Source of the DNA: Deltaproteobacteria bacterium
GTDB taxonomy: Bacteria; Myxococcota_A; UBA9160; SMWR01
Length of the DNA stretch: 64,000 nt
Direction: 5' to 3'
Assembly (NCBI GenBank): GCA_019310425.1
Contig: JAFDEI010000040.1
Span: forward strand, 108 to 64,107
Both the position numbers and the translations under genes were made by a program. This document shows, in pieces, positions 1 to 10,077 of this stretch (position 1 is its first letter; the number at the start of each line of letters is the position of its first letter). Below the pieces are notes generated by a model, which made no database searches, was not told the origin of the DNA, and saw only the letters and a list, made by a program, of their open reading frames with translations.

Positions 1-1182
1 GAGCTTCTGTCGCTCGCCGAGGTCGGCGGGCTCGGCAATGGGACGATCGAGTTCCGGGGAACTCTTCGCGACCGGGTCGACCGGGATGTCGACCACGGTG
101 TCGCCGTGCCATCGGATTCGCATACGGCCATCGTCCGTCACGACGCCCACCACCGCGAAGTCGAGATCCCAACGCTCGAAGATCTCACGCACCCGCTCTT
201 CCTGCCCGACGCGCGCAACCATGAGCATTCGCTCCTGGCTCTCCGAAAGGAGCAGCTCGTACGGCGTCATTCCCGTCTCGCGCTGCGGTACGCGATCGAG
301 GTCGAGCTCGATACCGGTCCCTGAGTTGCTCGCCATTTCGAACGACGAGCAGGTGAGCCCCGCGGCGCCCATGTCCTGGATGCCTACGATCGCGTCGGTG
401 GCCATCAGCTCGAGGCAGGCCTCGATCAGGCACTTCTCGGTGAACGGGTCACCGACCTGCACGGTCGGGCGTTTGGCCTCGCTGCTTTCGTCGAACTCGG
501 CCGAGGCCAGCAGGCTCGCACCGTGGATGCCGTCGCGGCCGGTCTTGCTGCCCGCGTAGATGACCGGGTTGCCGACACCCGTCGCGCTGGCGAGGAACAA
601 GCCGTCCGCGTCGATCACACCGAGGTTGAACGCGTTCACGAGAATGTTGCCGCGATAACAGTCATGGAACGCGGTCTCGCCGCCGACCGTCGCGACTCCG
701 ACCGGGTTGCCGTAGCCGCCGACTCCGTCGACGACGCCGTGCAACAGGTATTGATGCTTGGGGTCGTCGAGCGGCCCGAATCGCAATGAATCCATCGATG
801 CGATCGGCCGCGCACCCATCGTAAAAATGTCACGCAGAATGCCGCCGACGCCCGTGGCCGCACCCTGCTTCGGTTCGATGTACGAAGGGTGGTTGTGGCT
901 CTCGATCTTGAACACCGCCGCGAGTCCGTCGCCGATCGCGATCACACCGGCATTCTCGCCGGGGCCCTGGATCACGTGCTCCGCTTCGGTCGGCAGCTTC
1001 TTCAAGTACCGCTTGCTCGACTTGTAGGAGCAATGCTCGGCCCACATGACCGAGAAGATCCCGAGTTCGGAGAAGGAAGGCGTGCGACCGAGAATCCCGA
1101 GAATGTTGTCGTACTCTTCGTCCGTGAGACCGTGCTCATGCGCGAGCGCGAGATCGACCTTCGGCTCGACTTCGTCGCTCAT
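1..1182 (-). CDS. purL: phosphoribosylformylglycinamidine synthase subunit PurL (N-terminal 394 codons; 3' end runs off the window)
   Basis: Own translation of the minus strand from ATG at 1182: [57 protein letters not shown]...[31 protein letters not shown], a typical PurL N-terminus. The frame stays open to position 1. ATGA overlap with the purQ stop. Confidence 0.9.
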   Translation of the reverse strand, partial: MSDEVEPKVDLALAHEHGLTDEEYDNILGILGRTPSFSELGIFSVMWAEHCSYKSSKRYLKKLPTEAEHVIQGPGENAGVIAIGDGLAAVFKIESHNHPSYIEPKQGAATGVGGILRDIFTMGARPIASMDSLRFGPLDDPKHQYLLHGVVDGVGGYGNPVGVATVGGETAFHDCYRGNILVNAFNLGVIDADGLFLASATGVGNPVIYAGSKTGRDGIHGASLLASAEFDESSEAKRPTVQVGDPFTEKCLIEACLELMATDAIVGIQDMGAAGLTCSSFEMASNSGTGIELDLDRVPQRETGMTPYELLLSESQERMLMVARVGQEERVREIFERWDLDFAVVGVVTDDGRMRIRWHGDTVVDIPVDPVAKSSPELDRPIAEPADLGERQKL

Positions 1183-1880
1183 CGGCTACCCACCGCGAGC
1201 GCATCGACGAGCGAGCCCAGCAACACCAGGCCGTCCGTACCCCCGATCATGGCTTCGACAGCGTGCTCCGGATGCGGCATCAGGCCGAACACGTTGCCAC
1301 GCTCGTTCATCACACCGGCCACGTTCCCGACCGAACCGTTCGGGTTCACCGCTTCACTCACCTGTCCGTTCTCGTCGGAGTAGCGCAAGAAGATCTGCCC
1401 GCGCTCCTCGAGTTCGGCGAGTTGCTCGGGGGTCGCAAAGTAGGCGCCCTCGCCGTGCTTGATCGGGATCCGAAGCACCTGGCCCGCGCGCGCGCGCGAG
1501 GTGAACAAGGTATCGCCGCGCTCGACGCGCAGGCTCACGAAGTCGCATACGAAATGCAGGTGGTGGTTGCGGACCAGCGCGCCGGGCAGGAGACCGCTCT
1601 CACACAAGACCTGAAAGCCGTTGCAGACGCCGACCACCGGTCCCCCCGCGTCCGCAAATCGTTTGACCGCAGCCATGATGGGGGAGTATTGGGCCATCGC
1701 GCCGCAGCGCAGATAGTCGCCGTACGAAAAACCGCCCGGACACAGCACCGCGGTCGTTCCGGCCGGAAGCTCCGGGTCCTTGTGCCACGTGAGGTTCGTC
1801 TCTGCTCCCAGAATGGACTTCATCGCGAAACGCATGTCGCGATCGTCGTTCGAGCCCGGAAACTGGATCACCGAGAACAA
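1179..1880 (-). CDS. purQ: phosphoribosylformylglycinamidine synthase glutaminase subunit PurQ
   Basis: ORF 1179..1901 has PurQ hallmarks: [44 protein letters not shown] at 1880 ([15 protein letters not shown] upstream) fits family N-termini better than the GTG at 1901. Confidence 0.9.
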   Translation of the reverse strand: MFSVIQFPGSNDDRDMRFAMKSILGAETNLTWHKDPELPAGTTAVLCPGGFSYGDYLRCGAMAQYSPIMAAVKRFADAGGPVVGVCNGFQVLCESGLLPGALVRNHHLHFVCDFVSLRVERGDTLFTSRARAGQVLRIPIKHGEGAYFATPEQLAELEERGQIFLRYSDENGQVSEAVNPNGSVGNVAGVMNERGNVFGLMPHPEHAVEAMIGGTDGLVLLGSLVDALAVGSR

Positions 1881-2125
1881 TGGGGGGACCTCGAAGAACA
1901 CGGGTGAGAATGCGTCCGGGGCACCGCCTCGAATCGCCTGGACTCACCTTCCTGCGATGGGGTCGAAGACAGTCTACCCGCGCAGACCCGCCCGAACAAG
2001 CGACCGGAGACGGCACCAAGAGCGGTCTTGCGGGCCTTTCGCAGCCACTCTTGGCAAGCTTGCGGGCAAGCGGGTATATCACACGGGAGACGTGCCACTC
2101 CCCCGCACCACCACCGAGGAAGCCC

Positions 2126-3088
2126 GTGCCGATCGAACGCGAACTACTCGAGCAGACCTGCCTGCAGACCCTCCGGGAAACCAACCTCAACGGCCTCGGC
2201 GAGCGGAGCATCGGCAAGGTGCGCGACAGCTACATCGCCGACGAACGTCGCTATATCGTCGTGAGCGACCGCGTGAGCTGCTTCGATGTCGTCGTCGGCA
2301 CGCTGCCCTTCAAGGGGCAGGTGCTGAACCAGATCGCCGCATTCTGGTTCGAAACCACCGCCGCCATAGCAAAGAACCACCTGATCGCCGTGCCCGACCC
2401 GAACGTCTCGATCGTGCAGGAATGCCGACCTCTGCCGGTGGAATTCATCTACCGGGGCTACCTTACCGGCTCGACCTCGACATCGATCTGGACCGCGTAC
2501 GACAAGGGTGAACGAAACTATTGCGGGCACACTCTGCCCGACGGCCTGCACCACCACGAGCAGCTTCCGATGCCGCTCCTCACACCGACCACCAAGGCTC
2601 CCATGGGCGAGCACGACCAGCTGACATCACGCGAGGCATTGATCTCGCAGGGAACAATCTCGGAGGAACGATACGACGAGGCCGCGACGCTGGTCGGCAA
2701 GCTGTTTACAGAAGGTCAGAGCTGGGCCGAGAGCCGCGGACTGGTCCTGGTCGACACGAAGTACGAACTCGGCCTCGATGCGGACGACCAGCTGATCGTG
2801 ATCGACGAGATCCACACGCCCGACTCCTCGCGCTACTGGTATCGCGACGCCTACGAGCGGGCGATGTCCGAAGGCAAGGACCCCCAGGCTCTCGACAAGG
2901 AATACGTACGCCACTGGCTCGGCGAACACGGCTACCGCGGCGAGGGACCCATCCCCGAGATCCCGATCGAGGTACGTTGCGAGGCCGCACGCCGCTACAT
3001 CGAAGCCTACGAGCAGATCAGCGGACGCAAATTCGAGCCGAACACCGAGGCGCCCGAGCCGCGTATCCGCAGGAATCTCGGGCTCTGA
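2126..3088 (+). CDS. purC: phosphoribosylaminoimidazole-succinocarboxamide synthase (SAICAR synthetase)
   Basis: ORF 1880..3088 contains GKVRDSY, YRGYLTGS, LVLVDTKYELG and IDEIHTPDSSRYW. GTG at 2126 is in frame and preceded by GAGGA; the sequence upstream of it is not PurC-like. Confidence 0.9.
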   Translation: MPIERELLEQTCLQTLRETNLNGLGERSIGKVRDSYIADERRYIVVSDRVSCFDVVVGTLPFKGQVLNQIAAFWFETTAAIAKNHLIAVPDPNVSIVQECRPLPVEFIYRGYLTGSTSTSIWTAYDKGERNYCGHTLPDGLHHHEQLPMPLLTPTTKAPMGEHDQLTSREALISQGTISEERYDEAATLVGKLFTEGQSWAESRGLVLVDTKYELGLDADDQLIVIDEIHTPDSSRYWYRDAYERAMSEGKDPQALDKEYVRHWLGEHGYRGEGPIPEIPIEVRCEAARRYIEAYEQISGRKFEPNTEAPEPRIRRNLGL

Positions 3089-3104
3089 GCGCTCTGCCCG
3101 TGCC

Positions 3105-4241
3105 GTGCCCGCAGCGTTGACCCGACGTACCCGATCGGGTGCACTCGCCGTCGCCGTTGCGAGCGGCTGGCTCGGAGCAGTCGGACTCGCCTGCGCGGGC
3201 GACGACGGCGCGGTGAGCCCCTGGCTCACGAGCGCTTCGCGAGCGGAGCTCGCTAGCGGGCGCGATCTGGCCGCGGGCTGGCGCGCCTTGCTCGCGATTC
3301 GTGGAGCAGCGCTCGGTGAGGAGATCGCGCTGCCGCGGGCCGACTACGCGAATGCGAAGCTCGCCGGCTCGATCGCGAGTCCGAAGCTCACGGAGACGAG
3401 CGGCCTCGCGATATCGCGACGCCGCGACGATCTGCTCTGGGCAATCAACGACAGCGGTACGCCTCCGCGCCTGCACGCCTTGGGGGTCGACGGTGCAGAT
3501 CTCGGCTTCGCAACGATCGAGGGTGTGGACGCGGTCGACTGGGAAGACCTCGCGTCGTTCGAACTCGATGGCCGCAGCTACCTGCTCATCGCGGACACGG
3601 GCGACAACCTGAGCTGGCGCAAGCGGTCCCTGCTACTCGTCGTCGAGGAGCCGGAACTCACGGGTGATGCGCTCCCTGCGGGCAGCGTCAGCAAGCCCGC
3701 CTGGCGGATCCCCTTCCGCTTCGAGGACGGACCGCGCGATTGCGAGGCGGTCGCCGTCGACAGCGAGCGCATGCGCGTGCTGCTCATCAGCAAGCGCACC
3801 GAACCGCCGGGCTTGTACCAGCTGCCACTGCTGCCGTCGGACCCGGCCATGGGGAACACCGCAGGCCTGGTGGCCCGACGCATCGGCGACGTACCCGGTA
3901 TCCCGCCGCCCACCCGTTCCGATGTCGAAGCCGCCCGCTGGCTCGGCCGCTACTTCGCGATGCCGACCGCCTTCGACATCAGCCCCGACGGTCGCCTCGC
4001 AGTCGTGCTGACCTACCGCGAGGCGTACCTCTACGCGCGCAGCGCGGACGAGCCTTGGGCGAAGGCTCTCGGCCGGCCGCCGCAGCGCATCGATCTACCC
4101 GCGTTGGCACAGGCCGAGGCGATCGCGTTCGCGCGCGATGGACGCACGATCTTCGTCACCAGTGAGGGCCTCGGCGCACCGCTGTTCAAGCTGGGGCGAC
4201 TCGGCGAGCGCGAGGGCGCGCTCAGTCTTCGACGCGAATGA
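3105..4241 (+). CDS. exported protein / probable lipoprotein of unknown function (beta-propeller-like)
   Basis: 378-aa ORF. The N-terminus RRTRSGALAVAVASGWLGAVGLAC looks like a signal peptide with a lipobox Cys; TTG at 3117 is an alternative start. Motifs TETSGLA...WAINDSG...ADTGDN recall SdiA-regulated/phytase-like propellers (weak, by eye). The 3' end overlaps convergent purS by 20 nt. Confidence 0.55.
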   Translation: MPAALTRRTRSGALAVAVASGWLGAVGLACAGDDGAVSPWLTSASRAELASGRDLAAGWRALLAIRGAALGEEIALPRADYANAKLAGSIASPKLTETSGLAISRRRDDLLWAINDSGTPPRLHALGVDGADLGFATIEGVDAVDWEDLASFELDGRSYLLIADTGDNLSWRKRSLLLVVEEPELTGDALPAGSVSKPAWRIPFRFEDGPRDCEAVAVDSERMRVLLISKRTEPPGLYQLPLLPSDPAMGNTAGLVARRIGDVPGIPPPTRSDVEAARWLGRYFAMPTAFDISPDGRLAVVLTYREAYLYARSADEPWAKALGRPPQRIDLPALAQAEAIAFARDGRTIFVTSEGLGAPLFKLGRLGEREGALSLRRE

Positions 4242-4467
4242 TCTCGTAGTCTTCGATGACGGGGTTCGCGAGCAGTTTCGCGCACAGATCGTCGAGCTGC
4301 GTCCGCGCCCGCTCGGTGTCGCTCGCGTCGAGCGACACCTCGAACAGCTTGCCCTGGCGAACCGACTGCACCGCGTCGTAGCCGAGCGAAGCGCTCGCGC
4401 GGGCAATCGCCTTGCCCTGCGGATCGAGAACGTCCGGCTTCAGCGTTACGTATACCAGTGCCTTCAA
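4222..4467 (-). CDS. purS: phosphoribosylformylglycinamidine synthase subunit PurS
   Basis: KALVYVTLKPDVLDPQGKAIARASASLGYDAVQSVRQGKLFEVSL is typical of PurS. TTG at 4467 is preceded by GAGGAGA; the longer ORF to 4509 adds a non-PurS extension. Confidence 0.85.
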   Translation of the reverse strand: MKALVYVTLKPDVLDPQGKAIARASASLGYDAVQSVRQGKLFEVSLDASDTERARTQLDDLCAKLLANPVIEDYEIIRVED

Positions 4468-4477
4468 GACTCTCTCC

Positions 4478-5773
4478 TCATTTCGCCAGCGATCGTTCGA
4501 AGATCGCATCGACGTGACGCAGCGACTCCTCGAGGCTGAACGCCTTGTCGATCTCTTCTTTCGTCAGGACTTCGGTGATCTTCGAATCGGCGAGGATGCG
4601 TTCCATATAGTCTCCGCCGTGCTTCCACGTGTCCATCGCGTGCCCCTGAACGAGTGCGTAGGCGTCTTCGCGTGTGAGGCCCTTGCGCGCGAGCGCGAGC
4701 AGCAGGGTGCCGCTGAAGACCAGCCCGCGAGTGAGTTCGAGGTTCTCGCGCATGCGATCGGCGTCGACCACGAGAGTTTCGACGAGGCCCGAGAAGCGCT
4801 GGAGCATGAAGTCGAGCGTCGCCATGCCGTCCGGGAAGATCATGCGTTCAGTCGACGAATTGCTGATGTCTCGTTCGTGCCACAACGCCTCGTTCTCGAG
4901 CGCAGCAACCGCATAGCCGCGCATCACACGCGCAAGGCCCGAGACATTCTCGAGCCGCCAGGGGTTGCGCTTGTGGGGCATCGCGGACGAGCCCTTCTGG
5001 CCCTTGCCGAACTCTTCCTCGACCTCGCGCACCTCGGTGCGCGCAAGGTGGCGGAACTCGATCGCAAACTTGTCGATCCCCGAAGCGACCAGCGCGAGTA
5101 CGGACATGAGCGCCGCGTGCCGATCGCGCTGCACCACCTGGGTCGCGGCGAGTTCACAGCCGATCGCAAGGCGCGCGCAGACCGCCTCTTCGACGTCGGG
5201 CGCGAGGTGGGCGAAGGTCCCGACCGCACCCGAGATCTTCCCCACGGCGGCGTCCGCGAGCGCGGTCACGAGCCGCGTGCGATTGCGCACCATTTCATTC
5301 CGGTAAACCAGGAGCTTCAAGCCGAAGGTCGTCGGCTCGGCGTGCACGCCGTGCGTCCGGCCCACGCAGGGCGTGTGCTTGAACTCGAGCGCGCGACCCT
5401 CGAGTGCGGCGATCAGACGATCGACTCCCGCGAGTAGCAGCTCGCCGGAGTCGCGGATCTGGAGTGCAAGCGCGGTGTCGAGGACGTCGCTCGAGGTCAT
5501 GCCGTAATGGACGTAGCGCGATGCAGGGCCGACGTTTTCGGCCACGTTGGTGAGAAACGCGATCACGTCGTGGCGCACCTCGGCTTCGATCTCGGCGACT
5601 CGTGCCGGATCGACTGCGGCCTTCTCGCGGATCTCCTCGAGAGCATCGGCCGGAATCACGCCGTGCTCGGCGTGAACTTCGCAGACCGCGATCTCGACAT
5701 CGAGCCAACGACGGTACTTGCCTTCTTCGGACCAGATTCCGGCCATTTCGGGCCGGCTGTAGCGCTCGATCAT
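4478..5773 (-). CDS. purB: adenylosuccinate lyase
   Basis: 431 aa, starting MIERYSRPEMAGIWSEE. Contains GMTSSDVLDT, the signature KGQKGSSAMPHKRNP, and a full-length C-terminal domain. Confidence 0.95.
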   Translation of the reverse strand: MIERYSRPEMAGIWSEEGKYRRWLDVEIAVCEVHAEHGVIPADALEEIREKAAVDPARVAEIEAEVRHDVIAFLTNVAENVGPASRYVHYGMTSSDVLDTALALQIRDSGELLLAGVDRLIAALEGRALEFKHTPCVGRTHGVHAEPTTFGLKLLVYRNEMVRNRTRLVTALADAAVGKISGAVGTFAHLAPDVEEAVCARLAIGCELAATQVVQRDRHAALMSVLALVASGIDKFAIEFRHLARTEVREVEEEFGKGQKGSSAMPHKRNPWRLENVSGLARVMRGYAVAALENEALWHERDISNSSTERMIFPDGMATLDFMLQRFSGLVETLVVDADRMRENLELTRGLVFSGTLLLALARKGLTREDAYALVQGHAMDTWKHGGDYMERILADSKITEVLTKEEIDKAFSLEESLRHVDAIFERSLAK

Positions 5774-5776
5774 GCC

Positions 5777-6790
5777 TCAACCCACTCGCAGATAAACGTA
5801 GAAGAGAAGCCCATAGTACATGACCGGAATGCCCAGGAGCGGCGAATCGATGCGGTCGAGCACGCCGCCGGTCCCTGGCAGCAATGCGCCGGTGTCCTTG
5901 ACCGAAGCATCGCGCTTGAGCAGCGACTCGATCAGATCACCGACGATCCCCGCGACAGAGATCATCACACCGAATCCCACAGCCGCCTCGAACGGGAATG
6001 CGCGTGAGAGATCGGGCCAGAAGAAATCGAACAGCCACTTGCCCACGAGCCCACCGATGGTTCCGGCCACGACTCCTGCAAGCGCGCCCTCGACACTCTT
6101 GCCCGGGCTGATCTTGCGGGCGAGCTTGTGCCGCCCCCAGGCGCGTCCGCCGAAGTACGCACCCGCGTCGCACCAGATCACACAGAACAGCGCGAAGAAG
6201 AAGAAGAAGATTCCGGAGTCGGGGACCAGGCCGATCGACTCGACCGCTGCGACGCCCTGGTGTGAGGCGGCGGCATCGTAGAAATTTCGCAGAACCACTG
6301 CATAGCTCATCAACCAACCGACATAGAAGACGCCGAAGAAGGTCCCCGAGATGCTCGCGAGCGCCTCGGTGATCTCACGCTTTCCGAGCTGCGCGACCAT
6401 CACTGCGAGCAGCGTGGCGGTCATCAGCACGGTCATGTGGACTTCAGTGCCGAGGTAGGCGACAACCGGCAACGCGGCACCCGCCGCCAGACCGAACGCC
6501 TGCAGCGGCCGGGCTCCCTTGTCCTCGATCAAGCGGTAGAACTCGCGCTGGCCGAGGAAGATCACGACCATCACGGTGCCGAGGAAGAGCAGCCCACCCT
6601 GCACGATCACGTAGCTGACGATCGGAATGAGTACGGCTGCGGTCAGCACTCGACCCGGCAGATCGCTGTTGGGCTTCTTCGGACCCCGCGGCTCCGTGGG
6701 CGTCGGCGGCTGCGGATGGATCGGCTCGTTCGGATCCGCGATGCTCGCGCGGTCCTCCCGGGATTCCCCGGGCTGCATCGGTTCGCTCAC
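5777..6790 (-). CDS. cdsA: phosphatidate cytidylyltransferase with Pro-rich N-terminal extension
   Basis: Multi-TM protein with the C-terminal CdsA signature [33 protein letters not shown]. The GTG start overlaps the dut stop (GTGA). Confidence 0.85.
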   Translation of the reverse strand: MSEPMQPGESREDRASIADPNEPIHPQPPTPTEPRGPKKPNSDLPGRVLTAAVLIPIVSYVIVQGGLLFLGTVMVVIFLGQREFYRLIEDKGARPLQAFGLAAGAALPVVAYLGTEVHMTVLMTATLLAVMVAQLGKREITEALASISGTFFGVFYVGWLMSYAVVLRNFYDAAASHQGVAAVESIGLVPDSGIFFFFFALFCVIWCDAGAYFGGRAWGRHKLARKISPGKSVEGALAGVVAGTIGGLVGKWLFDFFWPDLSRAFPFEAAVGFGVMISVAGIVGDLIESLLKRDASVKDTGALLPGTGGVLDRIDSPLLGIPVMYYGLLFYVYLRVG

Positions 6791-7320
6791 TTTCCGCCTC
6801 CGGGTTCCGAGTCGGCCGCACCGCGCCCGGTATGACCAAAGCCACCCGCGCCGCGCCCGGTGGGCGAAAGTTCAGCGACTTCGCACCACTCCGCGGCAGT
6901 GACGGGTGCAATCACGAGCTGCGCGATGCGGTCGCCGCGACGAATCACGAACGCCTTATCGCCCGCGTTCATCACGATGACCTTCAGCTCACCGCGATAG
7001 TCGGCGTCGATCGTGCCGGGCGCGTTCGGGAGCACGATGCCGTGCTTCAGCGCAAGGCCGCTACGCGGACGAATCTGCGCCTCATGACCGGACGGCACGG
7101 CGATCGAAAAGCCCGTTGCAATCAATACGCGTTCCCCGGCGGCGATCACCACGTCGCCTTCCACGGCTGCGTGAAGATCGTACCCCGACGAACCTGGTGT
7201 CGCCCGCGTGGGCAGCGGCAGGTCCTCGGCCCCGGGGTTGCGCGAAATCTCGACTCGCAGAGGCGCGCGCTCCGGAGCATCGCTCCGGAGCGCGTCGTTC
7301 TCTCTACGAGGATCCGTCAC
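6787..7320 (-). CDS. dut: dUTP diphosphatase
   Basis: Contains [29 protein letters not shown] and a C-terminal [11 protein letters not shown]. The ~20-aa N-terminal extension leaves the start uncertain. Confidence 0.9.
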   Translation of the reverse strand: MTDPRRENDALRSDAPERAPLRVEISRNPGAEDLPLPTRATPGSSGYDLHAAVEGDVVIAAGERVLIATGFSIAVPSGHEAQIRPRSGLALKHGIVLPNAPGTIDADYRGELKVIVMNAGDKAFVIRRGDRIAQLVIAPVTAAEWCEVAELSPTGRGAGGFGHTGRGAADSEPGGGK

Positions 7321-7326
7321 AGAAAG

Positions 7327-9436
7327 TCACTCCGCGGCGGCGGCCTCGGCCAGGGCTTCCTTGCGCGAAAGCCGAATGCGACCCGCGGGGTCGATCTCGA
7401 TGCACTTCGCGAGCACCTCGTCGCCCTCGGCCACGACGTCGGTCACCTTGTCGACGCGACCTTCGGCGAGGTGGCTGATGTGGATCAGGCCGTCGGTGCC
7501 CGGGAAGATCTCGACGAATGCACCGAAGTCGGTGATCCGCTTGACCTTGCCCAGGTAGACGCGCTCGAGTTCGGCTTCCTGGGTGATCTCCTCCACCATC
7601 GCCTTCGCGCGTTCCAGCGCATCGGCGTCCGGCGAGAAAATCGTCACGGTACCCGAGTCATCGACGTCGACCTTGGTCTGCGTCGTCTCCTGGATCGCAC
7701 GGATCACCTTGCCGCCAGGCCCGATGATGTCGCGGATGCGATCCGGCTTGATCTCGATGGTCACCACCCGAGGCGCATAGCGCGACAGCTCGTCACGCGG
7801 TTCGAAGCCGATGAAGTCGTTCTGCGTCTCTCGCTCCATGCAGTCGAGAATGTGCAGTCGACCCGCTCGCGCCTGCGTGAGGGCGTCCTCCATCACCTTC
7901 CAGTCGACACTCTTGATCTTGATATCCATCTGGAGCGCAGTGATGCCGTCGCGTGTTCCGGCGACCTTGAAGTCCATGTCACCGAGATGGTCCTCATCGC
8001 CCAGGATGTCGGACAGGATTGCGACTTCGTCGCCGTCCTGGATCAGCCCCATCGCGATACCAGCCACCGGCGCCTTGATGGGCACACCCGCATCCATCAG
8101 CGACAGGATGCCGCCGCAGATCGTCGCCATCGAGGACGAGCCGTTCGACTCGAGCGTCTCCGCAACGATCCGGATGGTGTACGGGAAGTCCTCGTTGTCG
8201 GGCAGCACCGCCCTGATGGCGCGCTCCGCGAGATTGCCGTGACCGACTTCTCGGCGCCCCGGCCCGCGCATCATACGCGCCTCGCCCACCGAGAACGGCG
8301 GGAAGTTGTAGTGCAGATAGAACTTCTTCGAGGTGCGCTCGGTCAGCGTCTCGACCGTCTGCTCGTCGAACTTGCCGCCGAGCGTCGTGGTCACGAGCGC
8401 CTGGGTCTCGCCGCGCGTAAACAACGCCACGCCGTGCGGCCTCGGCACCACGCGAACCTCGGCAGCAATCTGACGGACGTCGGCCGGGCCGCGCCCGTCG
8501 ATCCGCACCTTTTCGTTCAGCACCCGCTTGCGGATGAGCTCGGAGCGCAGATCGTGGAGCACATCCTTGACCGCGCCCGAGAGCTTCGCGAGCCCGTCGC
8601 GACGCGATTCCACCGCATCGAGGGTCGACAGGTCGGCCTGCTCGGCCCGGTAGGCGTCGACGAACTCGGCGCGGACCTCCTTTTCGATCACCGAGATCGC
8701 GTCGTAGCGCTCGTGCTTGGCGCGAATCTGCACCGCCTCGTCGAGCCGGGCTTCGGCCTTCGCGCGCACCTGGGCCGCGATTTCCGAGTTGTCCGGCGCC
8801 GCCTTGACCTCCATCTTGGGCTTGCCCGCCTTCGCGACCAGCTCTTCCTGGAGGTCGATCAGCCGTACGACTTCGGAATGCCCGAACTTCAGCGCGTCGA
8901 GCATGTCGGCTTCCGCCATGCCGTCGGCACCGCCTTCGACCATCACCAGCGCGTTGCGGCTCGCACCGACGACAAGATCGAGATCGCTCGCATCGGCCTG
9001 CTCGGGCGTCGGGTTCACGACGAATTCGCCCTCGACCCGGCCGAGCCGAACCGCTGCGATCGGACCCTCGAAGGGCAGCTGTGAGATCGAGAGCGCCGCC
9101 GATGCGCCGACGAAGGCCGGCATGTCGGGGGCGTTCTCGCCGTCGGCCGAAAGCACCGTCGCGACGATCTGTGTCTCGTCGTTATAGGTCGACGGAAAGA
9201 GCGGCCGGATCGAGCGGTCGATGAAGCGGCAGACCAGCACTTCGCGATCCGAGAGGCGCGCCTCGCGCTTGAAGAAGCCGCCGGGAATCTTGCCCGCCGC
9301 CGAGGTCTTCTCGACGAAGTCGACGACCAGCGGGAAGAAGTCGATGCCGGGGCGTGGGTTGGCACGCCTCGAGGGTCATCGTGCGGCCGCCCACTTCGAG
9401 GCTGACCGTCTGGGGTTCGAACCAATAATTTGCCAT
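7327..9436 (-). pseudogene. pnp: polyribonucleotide nucleotidyltransferase (PNPase), reading frame interrupted near the 5' end (pseudogene or assembly artefact)
   Basis: The main frame (ORF 7327..9240, open up to 9375) carries DFFPLVVDFVEKTSAAGKIPGGFFKREARLSDREVLVCRFIDRSIRPLFP, both RNase PH domains, KH and S1. The PNPase-like N-terminus MANYWFEPQTVSLEVGGRTMTLE starts at ATG 9436 in a different frame. The roughly 30 residues normally lying between TLE and DFFPL are absent. Confidence 0.85.
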
Positions 9437-9448
9437 CTAGTATCTCCC

Positions 9449-9470
9449 CTCCGGTCTCTCTGGACCGGAG
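9449..9470 (-). promoter_or_regulatory. 8-bp stem-loop abutting the pnp Shine-Dalgarno sequence (pnp leader)
   Basis: CTCCGGTC-tctctg-GACCGGAG on the plus strand. On the mRNA strand the 3' arm runs straight into GGAGGGGAGA, 6 nt before ATG 9436. Confidence 0.4.
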
Positions 9471-9657
9471 CGTCATTGAACAACGCTGGAATAGTGGGGA
9501 GTGATTCGCAGTGGAATGCGGAATCAGTGATAGGCGAAGCGCACGCTTCGCGTATGACTAACTTCCGCACCCCGCACACGGGCACTCCGCGTTGCTCGGG
9601 TTGATTTCTATCGAGTTGCACCGCGGAACTCCCAACCGATGGGAGCCTGGAGAAGTT

Positions 9658-9924
9658 TCAGCGGCGAAGTCCCAGTCGTTTGATGAGTTCCTGGTACCGA
9701 CCGGGACCAGTCCTCCGTAGGTAACTGAGTAGACGCCGACGCTGGCTCACCAATTTGAGAAGCCCTCGGCGCGAGTGATGATCTTTCTTGTGCATATTGA
9801 AATGTTCGGAAAGCCCGTTGATCCGCTGCGTGAGCAACGCAACCTGTACTTCCGTCGAACCGGTATCGGACTCATGCGTCCGGTAGTCGGTCACCGTCGC
9901 AACCTTGGTCGCTTTCGAAATCAA
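9658..9924 (-). CDS. rpsO: 30S ribosomal protein S15
   Basis: 88 aa with [54 protein letters not shown]...LGLRR. TTG start preceded by GGGAG. Confidence 0.92.
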   Translation of the reverse strand: MISKATKVATVTDYRTHESDTGSTEVQVALLTQRINGLSEHFNMHKKDHHSRRGLLKLVSQRRRLLSYLRRTGPGRYQELIKRLGLRR

Positions 9925-10077
9925 CTTTGCTCCCGTTATATCTTGCTATCGCGTCGGGGCGATGCGTAGCGCCAGCCTGACGCGTGGAATTCCACTGATG
10001 AAATCCCCGGACCGATCGTGCCGGGGGGGACGGGAACCCTGTGAGGAGGATCCCGATGGGCTGGTATTGTTGCAGAG

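Noticed and set aside
6194-6210. (GAA)5 trinucleotide repeat.
   Set aside because: It lies inside cdsA and encodes a poly-Phe run (IFFFFFALF) in a TM helix. It is in frame, with no evidence of phase variation.
6832-9084. 750-aa plus-strand ORF opposite pnp. Similar long ORFs: 12139..14451 (+, opposite infB), 10117..11604 (+), 24894..26720 (-, inside the TPR gene), 35656..37107 (+), 40702..42078 (-), 42700..44151 and 43467..45161 (-), 51850..53625 (+), 56240..57658 (+).
   Set aside because: These are antisense shadow ORFs typical of GC-rich DNA. Their translations are Arg/Ala/Gly/Pro-rich with no recognisable motifs, whereas the opposite strand encodes clearly conserved proteins.
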